55,542 nt of DNA from Catajapyx aquilonaris. Lineage: Eukaryota. This document shows positions 11,541 through 23,773 of the stretch, in pieces (positions within the stretch are counted from its first letter, which is position 1; each line of letters opens with the position of its first letter). The stretch spans positions 1 through 55,542 of the forward strand of contig JYFJ02002518.1 in NCBI GenBank assembly GCA_000934665.2, read 5' to 3'. Under the pieces are notes generated by a model, which saw only the letters and a list, made by a program, of their open reading frames with translations, was not told the DNA's origin and did no database searches. A program made the translations under genes and the position numbers.

Positions 11541-13665
11541 TCAATTCTTCGCCCTTTCTTGTGGAGGTATCACAAAGACAGAGTAGGAAAGAGACTTGGC
11601 TGTCAACAGGCTGTAGCTGTTGTCAAATACGACAGCATCTATGGAGAATAAGCGATATTATTTAATAATTCAGCTTGATGGGAGATACTCGAATGTGGTC
11701 CAACTTACACTTTCCAACTTGCAGTGGTCCAGTTTGGCTTTCAATTGAGGAGATATGACTTTCAACTCGTGAGTAGGGAACCACTTCCACCAATCTGCCT
11801 CCTTCACTCCGGTACACTGCGAAGCCAATATCGTAGTCGTCTGTCTCAAAGGCCCAACTGAAACAAAGGAATCGTTGTTGCCTCAACACACATTTGAGGC
11901 AATCTCCTACTCACCTAAGCTGGGAACAGACTTCTTTTATGTGATACTCGACCTGTAAAGATCCTCCCTTTTCCACAGTCACCGACCTCTCATACTCCCC
12001 TTGGGACAGGGTGCTTTTGTTCTTCAGATAATATTTCTTGGGTACTTTTCCACCCTTAGGACACTGAAATGCATTAGTGTGCATCATGGGATATGCCGAA
12101 TTTTAAAGTGCACTTTGCACTAACTTTTGATGGGCACATTGGATCTCCATCGGAATCGACCATGGTACCACCCCAGTGCTTCGGTACCTGGTCTGCATCG
12201 ATCAGTTCCAGTATGGCCGGAACCCACTTGGACTTGTCAGTGCCATACACCACTATTTTACTTTTCGTGGCTTCGCTCATGAGAGGCTTCAACAAGTTGT
12301 AAATTGTTGTAAACACCCATGAAGCTGTATTTTTATATAAAAATCAACATGACTACATTAATAGTTTAACAAAATCTGGGAAAATATTGGCCAAAAGCAG
12401 AGATATATCATGTGCTGAAGCCATAGCCGTACAGGCAAGATTTTATAATTTACATGCAGCAATCAAGTAAGATACTGACTGTAAACTCACCATTGACAAC
12501 AAAACCTTTTTTCAACGTTTCCGGGTAGTTGTTTTCATGTACAGCGACATACGCTCTGAATATGCTCTGCGCTGTATGTAAAGAGAAGAAACAAAGTGAG
12601 TTTTAAGGCTAAATAATTAATTGCAATGTCATTAATAAAAATGTAGATAACTCCTTAGTGACTATCAACAGGGACAGTTGTCTATATGGTCCGTCAAAAT
12701 AATAATTATAGAACAACACCCCATGAATAGCAGACAGGTACAGCACAGCGCACAGGGCATCCAACCTTACCATCCCTAGATAGAGCATGTTTCCATGACC
12801 AATCTTCTGCGTCACAGATCACGATGTGGTTATGTATGTATCGTCCTAATTTATCACTCTGCTTGGCCATATCTCTTAGGCTGGATTCTAATATGTGGGC
12901 GCAATTTTTAATCAATTCTTCTCTGGTCGCTGATCGATGCATTCCTGGGATGTCCAGCTTTGCGATATTAAAGATCCACACTGAAAATATTGTGTATCAA
13001 TACATGTAAATACACAGTGACTATAACAGTATCGTATTAAATCACATGCTGTTGCATACCAGGACTGCCTTCTTTGTCGTAACTCACTAGACCTGCCGGA
13101 TAGTACTTTTTAAATACTTCTGGTCGTTCCCATTTGTCTAGTAACGTGTCACATTCCTGTGACTTCCTCCATGCCATTGACTGCATGTGACAATAAAAGG
13201 TGTTCAATATATGATTGTTGTCCCTTCAGTTTCACTTAATGCAACAAAAAATATATTCTTCCTGAAGTCATTCAGTGGATGTGCAGATCTTTGGTGAGTA
13301 AGTAATTGTAATGGTAATGGTAATAGCAAGAAATGGGAATATTCTACTCACATCACGGTACATTTTTGCAGCTTTCTTGGGGTCATAGTCTCTGGCTGAA
13401 ATAAGTGAATATCGACATCACAATGCTCTGTACCTACAATTATTGTTTGCACTCACCTTTCAACCACTGAAGAAGATATAGGTCGTGATGCGTTGGTTGG
13501 ACGACGTCGCCTGCTAGTAATCTAAACTGCAATTAGTGACGTTAATTGTTACTAAAGTGTTATTTGTCAGTGAAACCAATTAAGTAAAACGAGGGCAAAA
13601 CAACAACAACAACAACAACAACATACCTTTTCCAGAGCTTCCTTATGCAGTTCTATTTCCGTCAT
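11541..13665 (-). CDS. SEC14-like protein copy 4
   Basis: Exon 1 MTEIELHKEALEK (13627-13665). 10 GT-AG exons with motifs [34 protein letters not shown] and FDNSYS. Stop TGA at 11541-11543. Confidence 0.9.
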
Positions 13666-14844
13666 TGTTGTGAAATGGAGGGGGGCAGGCTGGGCAGAGT
13701 ATATTTGTGCTTTTTTGGAAGAGGAATGATCTGTCCTTTGTCCCAACCTATTGGACTCTCCTTGGGCATATCCATCTATCGTGTGTTTGATATTAAGTTA
13801 ACAATCGTAAGCAGCCTTGACAACTTATCAGCACCAGATTAAACGTTATGTAAGAACTTGGCTTGCTCATTTTGACTGCAAATTCATGCGAGTGTTGATC
13901 AAATGAAATGCGATTTATTTTTTGTAGCATCATATTATTATGTATATTGTAATAAGCATGTATCAATATTATCGGTCATATTTTACCACATAACCAGTTC
14001 AACACACTTGCACCCCTTTATCGACAACATACTTTATTCTTAATTTACAAATTTTTCGTATAATTTGCATAGTTTTCGGCCATCAAGATGTCCTTTCATT
14101 GGTCCGAAAATGTGACAGTTGGCATCATGTCTGGCGAATATGAAGGATGACGGGCACTCCAGATCCAGATCCCATTGTTGCACGTGCGCAGGACAGGGCA
14201 TCGTTACACAGAAGGACAACTCATTGGTCTAAAGTCAGCGATGTTTCCTTCTGATATCCGGGATCAGACGGTGGCACTATATGTCTGCACATGTGACACT
14301 GCTCACTGCAATCCTTTTGCTGGGCCTATAACTGAATATTTTTGTTGCCCTAGAAAAACAGTCGGCATATCTTTCTCAGAAAACGCTTGGACGCGGAATT
14401 TTTTACTTAGGATGCCTTTTATTTTACATCACTTGTAGATAAGCTGCATATCCCATCTATGCTGTAGTTTATATTTTTAATGACCCTTAAAATGTTCTAG
14501 TGTGTGGTCAATAATAAGCAGCTACGTGCAAAAAAACACTCAATGAATACGACATTGAAACTTATTGCATTATAAAATCGGGATACAGTAAATGTACTCC
14601 AAACTCTATATTATTTAACTGAATTTAAGGAAACTAGCTACTCATTCCTGTTATAACTTAATCAGAAATTATCTCCTCACAGTAGAAAAATTTGTGCAGT
14701 TATTTTCGCTTTAACTAAAAATTGTCGGAAATTACAAGATCTGAAAATATGTTTCATTGCATGGCCTATAGTCCTATACAATCCCATTATCTATTGGACT
14801 ATAAGTAACATCAGCATACAGTTTTCATTCTCAGCTAAATAATG

Positions 14845-17221
14845 CTACCCCTTTTCTTGTGGAGGTATCACAAAGACAGAGTAGGAAAGAGACTTGGCTG
14901 TCAGCAGGCTGTAGCTGTTGTCAAATACGACAGCATCTATATGGAGAATAAGCGATATCATTTAATAATTCAGCTTGTGGGAGAGACTCGAATGTGGTCC
15001 AACTTACACTTTCCAACTTGGAGTGGTCCAGTTTGGCTTTCAACTGAGGAGATGTGACTTTCGACTCGTGAGTAGGGAACCACTTCTACCAAGCTGTCTC
15101 CTTCACACCGGTACACTGCGAATCCAATGTCGTAGTCGTCTGTCTCAAAGGCCCAGCTGAAACAAAGGAATCATTGTTGCCTCAACACACATTTGAGGCA
15201 ATCTCCTACTCACCTAAGCTGGGAATAGACTTCTTTTATGTGATACTCGACCTGTAACGATCCTCCCTTTTCCACAGACACCGACCTCTCATACTCCCCT
15301 TGAGTCATGGTACTTTTGTTCTTCAGGTAATATTTCTTGGGAATTTTTCCGCCCTTAGGACACTGAAATGCATTAGTGTGCATTATCATTACATGGGATC
15401 TGCCGAATTTCAAAGTGCACTTTGCACTGACTTTTGATGGGCACATTGGATCTCCATCGGAATCGACCATGGTACCGCCCCAGTGCTGAGGTACCTGGTC
15501 TGCATCGATCAGTTCCAGTATGGCCGGAACCCACTTGGACTTGTCAGTCCCATACACCACTACTTTACTTTTCGTGGCTTCGCTCATGAGAGGCTTCAAC
15601 AAGTTGTAAATTGTTGTAAACACCCATGAAGCTGTATTTTTGAAAGCAACAGGACTACGATAATAGTTTAACAATGCATGGCGGGAAAATATTGGCAAAA
15701 ATGATCTCATATAATTATGTATACTATATCATTTAGATTGTACCCCTTGAGACATGTGTCAATATACCATGGGTGAGAGACCCTCCCGACGCATGTGAAA
15801 GGGAACGCCCAGGCGGGGATCGAACCTGGGACCCTGGGACCTTTCACTCAGCAAGCCGAGACGTAACCATCTCGGCCACCACACCTCCCCAAAATGATCC
15901 CATATTATAATAATCTGCTTGTTAATATTGTTAATAGAGTAGTGACAGCAGAGATGCATTGTAATGTCTCATGTGCTGAAGCCATAGGTGTACTGTACAT
16001 GTAAGATTGTATAATTTACATGCCGCAATCAAGTAAGATACAGACTGTAAACTCACCATTGACAACAAAAACTTTTTTCATCATTTCCGGGTAGTTGTTT
16101 TCTTGTATAGCGACATATGCTCTGAACATGCTCTGCGCTGTAGTAAAGAGAAGAAACAGAGTGAGTTTTAAGGCTAAATAATTATTTGCAACATCATTAA
16201 TAAAAAATGTAGATAACTGTTCAGTGATTAAGCAACAACAGGGTCAGTTGTCTATGGTCGGTTAAAATAATAATTATAGAACAACACCCCATTAATGGCA
16301 GGCAGGTACAGCACAGCGCATAGGCCACTTAGCCTTACCGTCTCTAGATAGAGCATTTTTCCATGACCACTCTTCTGCGTCACAGATCACGACGTGGTTA
16401 TGTATGTATCGTCCTAATCTATCACTCTGCTTGGCCATCGCTCTTAGGCTGGATTCTAATATATAGATGCAATTTTTAATCAACTCTTCTCTGGTCCCTG
16501 ATCGGTGCAACCCTGGCATGTCCAGCTTTGCGACATTAAAGATCCACACTGAAAATATTGTGCATCAATACATGTTTACACAGTGACTGTAACAGTATCG
16601 TATTAAATCACATGGTGTTACATACCAGGACAGCCTTCTTTGTCGTAACTCACTAGACCTGCCGGATAGTACTTTTTAAATACTTCTGGTCGTACCCATT
16701 TGTCTAGTAACGTGTCACATTCCTGTGACTTCCTCCATGCCATTGACTGCATGTGACAATAAAAGGTGTTCAATATATGATTGTTGTCCCTTCAGTTTCA
16801 CTTAATGCAACAAAAAATATATTATTCCTGAAGCCATTCAGTGGATGTGCAGATCTTTGGTGAGTAAGTAATTGTAATGGTAATGGTAATAGCAAGAAAT
16901 GGGAATATTCTACTCACATCAAGGTACATTTTTGCAGCTTTCTTGGGGTCATAATCTCTGGCTGAAATAAGTGAATATCGACATCATAATGCTCTGTGCC
17001 TAGAATTAACTCACTCACCTTTCAACCACTGCAGAAGAAATAGGTCATGGTGGGTTGGTTGGACGACGTCTCCCGCTAGTAATCTAAACTGCAATATATT
17101 AGTGAAATTATTGTTACTAAAGTGTTAGTCGTCAGTGGAACCAAATTAGTAACACGAGGACAAGATAACAACAACAACATACCTTTTCCAGAGCTTCCTT
17201 ATGCAATTCTATTTCCGTCAT
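14845..17221 (-). CDS. SEC14-like protein copy 5
   Basis: Same 10-exon structure, near-identical to copy 4. Stop TAG at 14845-14847. Confidence 0.9.
15768..15890 (-). mobile_element. Truncated SINE (tRNA head only) in intron 6 of copy 5
   Basis: GGGGAGGTGTGGTGGCCGAGATGG..GGTTCGATCCCC matches the heads of the SINEs at 2544 and 28633; absent from copy 4. Confidence 0.7.
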
Positions 17222-18375
17222 TGTTGTGAAATGGAAGGGGGCGGGATGGGCAGAATGATCGTATATTGTGCTCTCTTGGAAGAGGAAAGCTCTATCGTTT
17301 GTCCCAACCTATAGGGCTCTCCTTGGGCATATCTATCTATCATGTTCAATAGTAAGTTAACAAGCGTAACCAGCCTTGACAACAACTTATCAGCTCCAGA
17401 TTAAACCTTATGTAATAACTTGGCCTGCTCATTTTGGCTCCAAATGCGAGTGTTGATCAAATGAAATACGATAGATTTTTTGTAGCATTATATGTATATT
17501 GTTATAAGCATGTATCAATTATCGGTCATATTTTACCACATAACCAGTTCAACACACTTGCACCACTTTATCGACAATATATACTTATTTATTATTAATT
17601 TACCAATTTTTCGTATAATTACTTTGCATCATTTTCGACCGTCAAGATGTCCTTTCATTGGTCCGAAAATGTGACAGGTGGCATCATGCCTGGCGAATAT
17701 GAAGGATGAGATTGGTACTCCAGATGCAGATGCTATATGCAGTTTCTATTGTTACACGTGCAGGGAAGGGCATCGTTACACAGAAGGACAACTTTGGTCT
17801 AAAGTCAGTGCCGTTTCGTTCTGATATCCGGGATCAGATGGTTGCACTATATGTCTGCATATGTGATAGTGTTCACTACAATCCCTTTCCTGGGCAAGTA
17901 TAACTCAATATTTTTGTTGCCGTAGAAAACAATCGCCGTATCTTTCTCAGAAAACGCTTGGACGTGGAATTTTTTCGTAAGATGCCATTTATTTTACACC
18001 ACTTGTAGATAAGCTGCATATCCCATCTATGCCAGTATAGTTTGTACATTTTAATGACCCTTAAAATGTTGTTCGAGAGTGTGCTCAATAATAAGCAGCT
18101 ACGTGCAAAAAATCACTCAATGAACACGACATTGAAACTCACTGCATTATGAAATCGGGATAGAGTAAATGTACTCCAAAACTCTATATTATTTTAATCA
18201 ACTTAGGGTAACTAGATACTAATTCTTGTTGCAACTAATCAGAAATGATCTCCTCATAGTAGCAAAATTTGTACAGTTTATTTCGCTTTAACTAAAAATG
18301 GTCGAAAATCACATGATCTGAAAATATGTTTCATTGCATATCCTATGACCTTGCAGTTTTCATTCTCAACCAATG

Positions 18376-20518
18376 CTACGCCGTTTCATGTGGAGGGATC
18401 ACAAAGACAGAGTAGGAAAGAGACTTGGCAGTCAGCAGACTGTAGCTGTTGTCAAATACGACAGCATCTATATGGAGAATAAGCGATATCATTTAATAAT
18501 TCAGCTTGATGGGAGAGACTCGAATGAGGTCCAACTTACACTTTCCAACTTGGAGTGGTCCTGTTTGGCTTTCAATTGAGGAGATGTGACTTTCGACTCG
18601 TGAGTAGGGAACCACTTCCACCAAGCTGTCTCCTTCACACCGGTACACTGCGAATCCAATATCGTAGTCGTCTGTCTCAAAGGCCCAACTGAAACAAAGG
18701 AATCATTGTTGCCTCAACACACATTTGAGGCAATCTCCTACTCACCTAAGCTGGGAACAGACTTCTTTTATGTGATACTCGACCTGTAAAGATCCTCCCT
18801 TTTCCACAGTCACTGACCTCTCATACTCCCCTTGAGCCATGGTACTTTTGTTCTTCAGGTAATATTTCTTGGGTACTTTTCCACCCTTAGCACACTGAAA
18901 ATGTAATAGTGTAAGAATTAGCAAGTGATCTGCTGCATTTTAAGTGTGTTTTGCACTAACTTTAGATGGGCACATTGGATCTCCATCGGAGTCGACCATG
19001 GTACCGCCCCAGTGCTTCGGTATCTGGTCTGCATCGATCAGTTCCAGTATGGCTGGAACCCATTTGGACTTGTCAGTCCCATAGACCACTATTTTCCTCT
19101 TTGTGGCTTCGCTCATAAGAGGCTTCAACAAGTTGTAAATTGTTGTAACCACCCATGACGCTGTAGTTATTAAAAATCATCAATCATTGTAATATCTTGA
19201 TGAGACCACAGGCTTCTATACAGACAACATTTCATCATTTACCTGAGGCAATCAAGCAAGATATACGGTAACAAGCTCTTGACGGTAACTGTATGTGATT
19301 CGAGTCAGTTATTTAAAAATCGAGGCTCTAGTTCATTTCGAGTAAAATATTAGGTTTCGTTGAGATTATTACTCCAATGACAAATATAGGCAGTAATAAT
19401 AATTAAAAAGTAAACTTACCATTGACAACAACAATTTTTTTCAGCATTTCTGGGTAGTTACTTTCTTGTACAGTGATATACGTTTTGAACATTCGCTGCG
19501 CTGTATATGCAAATTACATAAGAAATTGCGTGAATTCTTAGGCTTATAACAGTATGCAACATCATAACAACAAATCTTACCATCCCTAGATAGCGCATTT
19601 TTCCAATCCCACTCTTCTGTGTCACAGATCACTGTGTGATTATGTATGTATCGTCCTAATTTATCACTCTGCTTGGCCATGGCTCTTAGGCTTACTTCTG
19701 ATAAGTAGATGCTGTGTTTCATAAGTTCTTCTGTGGTCGCTGAATGGTGCAACCCTGGGATGTCCAACTTTGACATATGTATAATCCACACTAAGAGAAA
19801 ATAATGCATATCATACACAGTGGCTGTAACAGTGTCCTATTGAATCACACGCTGTTGCATACCAGGGCTGCCTTCTTTGTCGTTACCAACCAGACCCATC
19901 GGGTAGTATTTTTGTAGCACTTCTGGCAGTTCCCATTCGTCCACTAAGGTGTCACATTTCTGCGATTTTCTCCACAACATCGACTACACGTGACAAAATT
20001 CATTATCATTTGTTTATCTCCCTTTTGAACGCTTAACGTTATAAAATAATTCTTCATAAATCCATTTAGTGGATGTGGTCTCTGGTCGATGTATAGCATA
20101 GCAAGAAATGTGGAAAATTCTACTCACATCACGAAACATTTTTGCAGCTTTTTTGGGGTCATAGTCTCTGGCTGAAATAAATATTAATATCTATGTATGA
20201 ATGCAGTGTACCTAAAGTTATTACCACATTTACCTTTCAACCACTGTAGAAGAAATAGGTCATGGTGCGTTGGTTGGATGAAGTCTTCCACTAGCAATTT
20301 AAACTGCAATAAATGACGGTAGTAGTTGTTACTAAAATGTAATTCGTCAGAAATAAGTAATACAGGAGTAGTAAATTATTTTGCAGCATTGTTGGCTTGG
20401 TTGCTCTCTTCGTTGAAAAAAAATATGCATGAGTAATAACTAATATATTAGAAAACAAGTAAATAATAGCAATGTTTACCTTTTCCAAAGCCCCCTTATG
20501 CTGTTCTATTTTCGCCAT
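18376..20518 (-). CDS. SEC14-like protein copy 6
   Basis: Exon 1 MAKIEQHKGALEK; motifs QESNYPEMLK and [16 protein letters not shown] exons. Stop TAG at 18376-18378. Confidence 0.9.
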
Positions 20519-20714
20519 TGCTGTGAAATGGAGGGCTTGTTGGGCTGTGAATATCTGCCGAGATATTAACACTTTTTTGGAAGAGAAACTGCAAGCATGC
20601 ATCTTGTACCATGATAACATACGCAATATCTCTTGGCAATATGTCAGGAGATTAAACAAAATTATGTAAGGATTTCCGAATGCTCCATATTTTCTCCAAA
20701 ACATAATTAAACAA

Positions 20715-20737
20715 TCTAATGCATATTTCTCAACGTA

Positions 20738-20770
<33 letters not shown>

Positions 20771-21180
20771 GATCACGATGCAAATCCATATGGAGGCCTC
20801 GACATATGCCCCGGGGAATGATTAAGGGTACGTAGTTTTTTTACTGAGAAGGTCATAAGCACATTGGACTTGACCTCCGAGGTCATCCTTGGCCGCAGGA
20901 GGCGAAAAGGACTTTGGCACATTGGCCCGCTTTCTAATCATGCACAATGGGGGTGTAAACAACTTCTCTGTTCAGTTGCCGGGGAAACTGTCCATTCGTT
21001 CTCTGGCGGCCGAAAGGGTCACATCGCCCTCTCCCCACTGCCACCTCCAGCCCCTCCATTCCATTCCTGCCAGCAAAGCCCCCCCCTCCCCCCTACCCAG
21101 CAACTCCTCCATCCGCCCCCAGCATGATATTCATGATATGTGAACTTTGAGCAAGACTTTGAGTATACGCATTAAACTAC
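20715..21180 (+). mobile_element. Non-autonomous Helitron-like element with (TGTC)n; 3' end approximate
   Basis: A|TCTAATGCATATTTC start, (TGTC)n, then GGAGGCCTCGACATATGCCCC. A second copy starts at 55449. Confidence 0.55.
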
Positions 21181-21229
21181 CGGTATGTATAGTTTATTTT
21201 TCACATTCCGTAATATAGGTAACATGGCT

Positions 21230-21506
21230 GTGACATAGTGTTCGGAACACTTTTACAAGTTTCACAGTTTATCTACACCAAGCCTATTCCTCAGTATGCT
21301 CCATATGAGCCCAAGAGTAGAAAAAACGCGCTCAATTGAAGCTGAGCTGCAGGGACCATCCAAAAGCTTCTGCAGAAAAGTGCAGAAATGAGATTCAAGT
21401 TTCTCATTTGTCGCTGTCTGCATGATAAAACGAAACATAAAATTGCCAGAAAAAAACCAAAAAAACCCAATAAAACCCGTGTGGGTTGGTTTAAAAAAAA
21501 ACCCTG
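21230..21506 (-). mobile_element. hAT-derived remnant with transposase dimerisation-domain fragment
   Basis: 21423-21241 translates PCSSASIERVFSTLGLIWSILRNRLGVDK (hAT C-terminal SERxFS motif, one frameshift). Terminus CAGGGTTTTTTTTTAAACCAACCC at 21506. Confidence 0.7.
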
Positions 21507-21539
21507 TAGTAGCTTACAAAATCACACTGTGTTGCTTAC

Positions 21540-21664
21540 CAGGGCAGGGCCTTCCTTGTCGTAACCCACCAGACCAGAAGTATACTTTTTGAACACTTCT
21601 TGGTCGTCCCCATTTGTCTACTACATTTGTCTACACATTCCTGTAACTTCCTTCACGCCATTGA
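21540..21664 (-). pseudogene. SEC14 copy 7 remnant (degenerate exon 4 of the copy 4/5/6 subfamily)
   Basis: Aligns by eye to exon 4 of copy 4 (about 13060-13160), including both splice flanks. Carries W->TGA and indels; no other exons found. Confidence 0.8.
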
Positions 21665-21683
21665 CTGCAAGTGAGAAAGAATA

Positions 21684-22828
21684 CTACCATACCCCAGTAG
21701 CTCTAGCAAGCACCAATAGTGAAATTATTGAAAAAAATGCTGGAATGCCAATCACAATTCCCTTTATGGCACTGCCAGCCGGTTCTTGGGGAGGTGCAGC
21801 TTCTGAAGATATTTTTATATAATAGGTTCGAAATCCAAACTCATTGGTCACGTCCATTTGGAACTGGCTGTTCAGATCGCTCTCTTCCACTGGATCCAAT
21901 GTCAAATGCATTTCATACACACTGTGCCCCTTGCTATGTGGCCTGCAGGATGAGATCCTTTCGTCCGGTGTCCGTGCACGATTTTTCATCTGCTCTCCAT
22001 TAGGGAGGGTCCAGACAACATTTGAAACTGGGTTGGAGGTCACGTTGACACGTATGGTCCCAATCTGGCCATTTATGAACCCATACTTTGTTGTTGTTTG
22101 CTCATTCCAAGGTTGAGGGGGAAAGTTGACCAGGATCTGAACTTGGGCGACGAAGTTCGCATCAGCAACACATTTCAGGTACAGTACCTCTCATTGTCAT
22201 CTGGGTTGAAGTAGCCAGAGAAGTTCTGAGTAGTCATGTAGCCTTGGTTATTACCAAGGGGCACAGTCACTACTTCGCGCAGCCTGTCACCAATCACTGG
22301 GTAGTCATCAATGTACCAGGAGAGTTTTGCAGGCCTATCTCCATACACTTCACATCCAATGTGTGCCTTGTTTCGCCGGCTGTCCAAGTTGGTCACTTCA
22401 AGGGGACCCTTCTGGGTGAAGGAGATGGCCTGAGGCTTCTCCAGGACGTAGAAACTGATATCAGCCGACAGGGGAAATGTTCCCTGAGGAATACCCTGGC
22501 ATGTCCAGTTGCCATTGTCCCTCTCTGAGACCTTGACGATCTGAACTCCGCAAAAGCCTTGTTTGTTCTTCCCCGCCTGTCTGTACCCCGGTGGAGGGGC
22601 TATGGGTATGTACTGATGGGTCTTGAAGGTCTGGCCATTGGGACCCTGTAGGTAGCAAGTCAGCAGTGGCATGTTGGCTTGGCACACAATCAGTGCCGAT
22701 GAGCCTGTCTGGGCATACACAGGGTTTGTGATGTTTATCCATCTTGCCTGTTGTGCTACTGTGCTGGTAAAAGTGCAGAAGAGGTACAGCAGCCTGGCCG
22801 CCCTCGCTGCACATCCGTTGTTCCCCAT
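21684..22828 (-). pseudogene. Intronless fasciclin-3-like Ig-domain transmembrane ORF with one frameshift
   Basis: Signal-peptide-like start, three Ig-like domains (DNGNWTC; C..RPAKLSWYIDD..C; VTSNP...W..N.FG), and a TM segment ending LVLARATGVW, like the Fas3 juxtamembrane region. The listed ORFs 22175-22846 and 21684-22043 join into about 380 aa if 5 nt of the TACAGTA at 22180-22186 are removed. Confidence 0.8.
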
Positions 22829-23773
22829 GGTCGGGTGTGTTCCCACAAATTTAAAAAAAAAACTCCACTATGAAAAATCCCATGGACACAAGGCACAGTA
22901 CTGTAAACGGCTGAGTAGTGGCCAAATGTAAATTGGCCTTGTCGTCCTTGTTGCTATGTGCCATGCCTTCCATTACACAACACAGAGTAATCACCAATCA
23001 GCCTGGACAACTTATCAGAACCAGATAATTATAAAACATTATGTAAGAATTCGAACCCATCCATAATTTTACTACAAAGTATATACAAAGTATGTGGGAC
23101 TGATAAAATTATGTACTGTACGAGGATCATAAAGCGTATGAGTTGTATAGATGTGAGATGGATAATATTATCTGCATCATATGTCCTAGCAATCAGCTCT
23201 ATATGATTAAATAATTGCATTGCATTGTAGACACATTCTCTGCTGTCATTTATTTGTGAATTATATTGTAACATTTATACTGTACATTTTGATCCCAACA
23301 CCACCTGTTTCTTACCTACAGCACATATTTTATGTCAAGATGATCATTATCATCACTGTGCAATTCCCAATTTTTGTGCGGTGCTGCTTATATTTAAGGA
23401 ACTACTTTCAAAGAATCACTTTGAGGAGTGATGATATTAACTGATAATATTATAGATTAAGTACAATAATAATTCATTCATGTCTTGTTTTGGAGTGACT
23501 TTTCAAGCCTGAGTTATTTTCAGTGATTTACTTAAAATCAGTTAATGGTTAAACCCATTTTATTACAGACTAGACCCTACTATACGTATTATAAATACAC
23601 GCATATTTTGACCAATGTTACCGACTAATATTCTTGGTCACTCCTAAAACAGTTCTATAGCATGCTTAGTAATTGTAAGCAGCTCAGTACAAAAAAAATC
23701 GCTAACTAAGAAGACATTCTGGAATCGGGACACAATTAATACCTTCCAACACTCTATACAGTTGTAATTATAA

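Noticed and set aside
21665..21692. Possible splice fusing the Fas3-like TM segment to SEC14 exon 4 (GGG/gtatgg..ttgcag)
   Set aside because: The intron would be only about 28 nt, and the downstream exon reaches a stop after three codons
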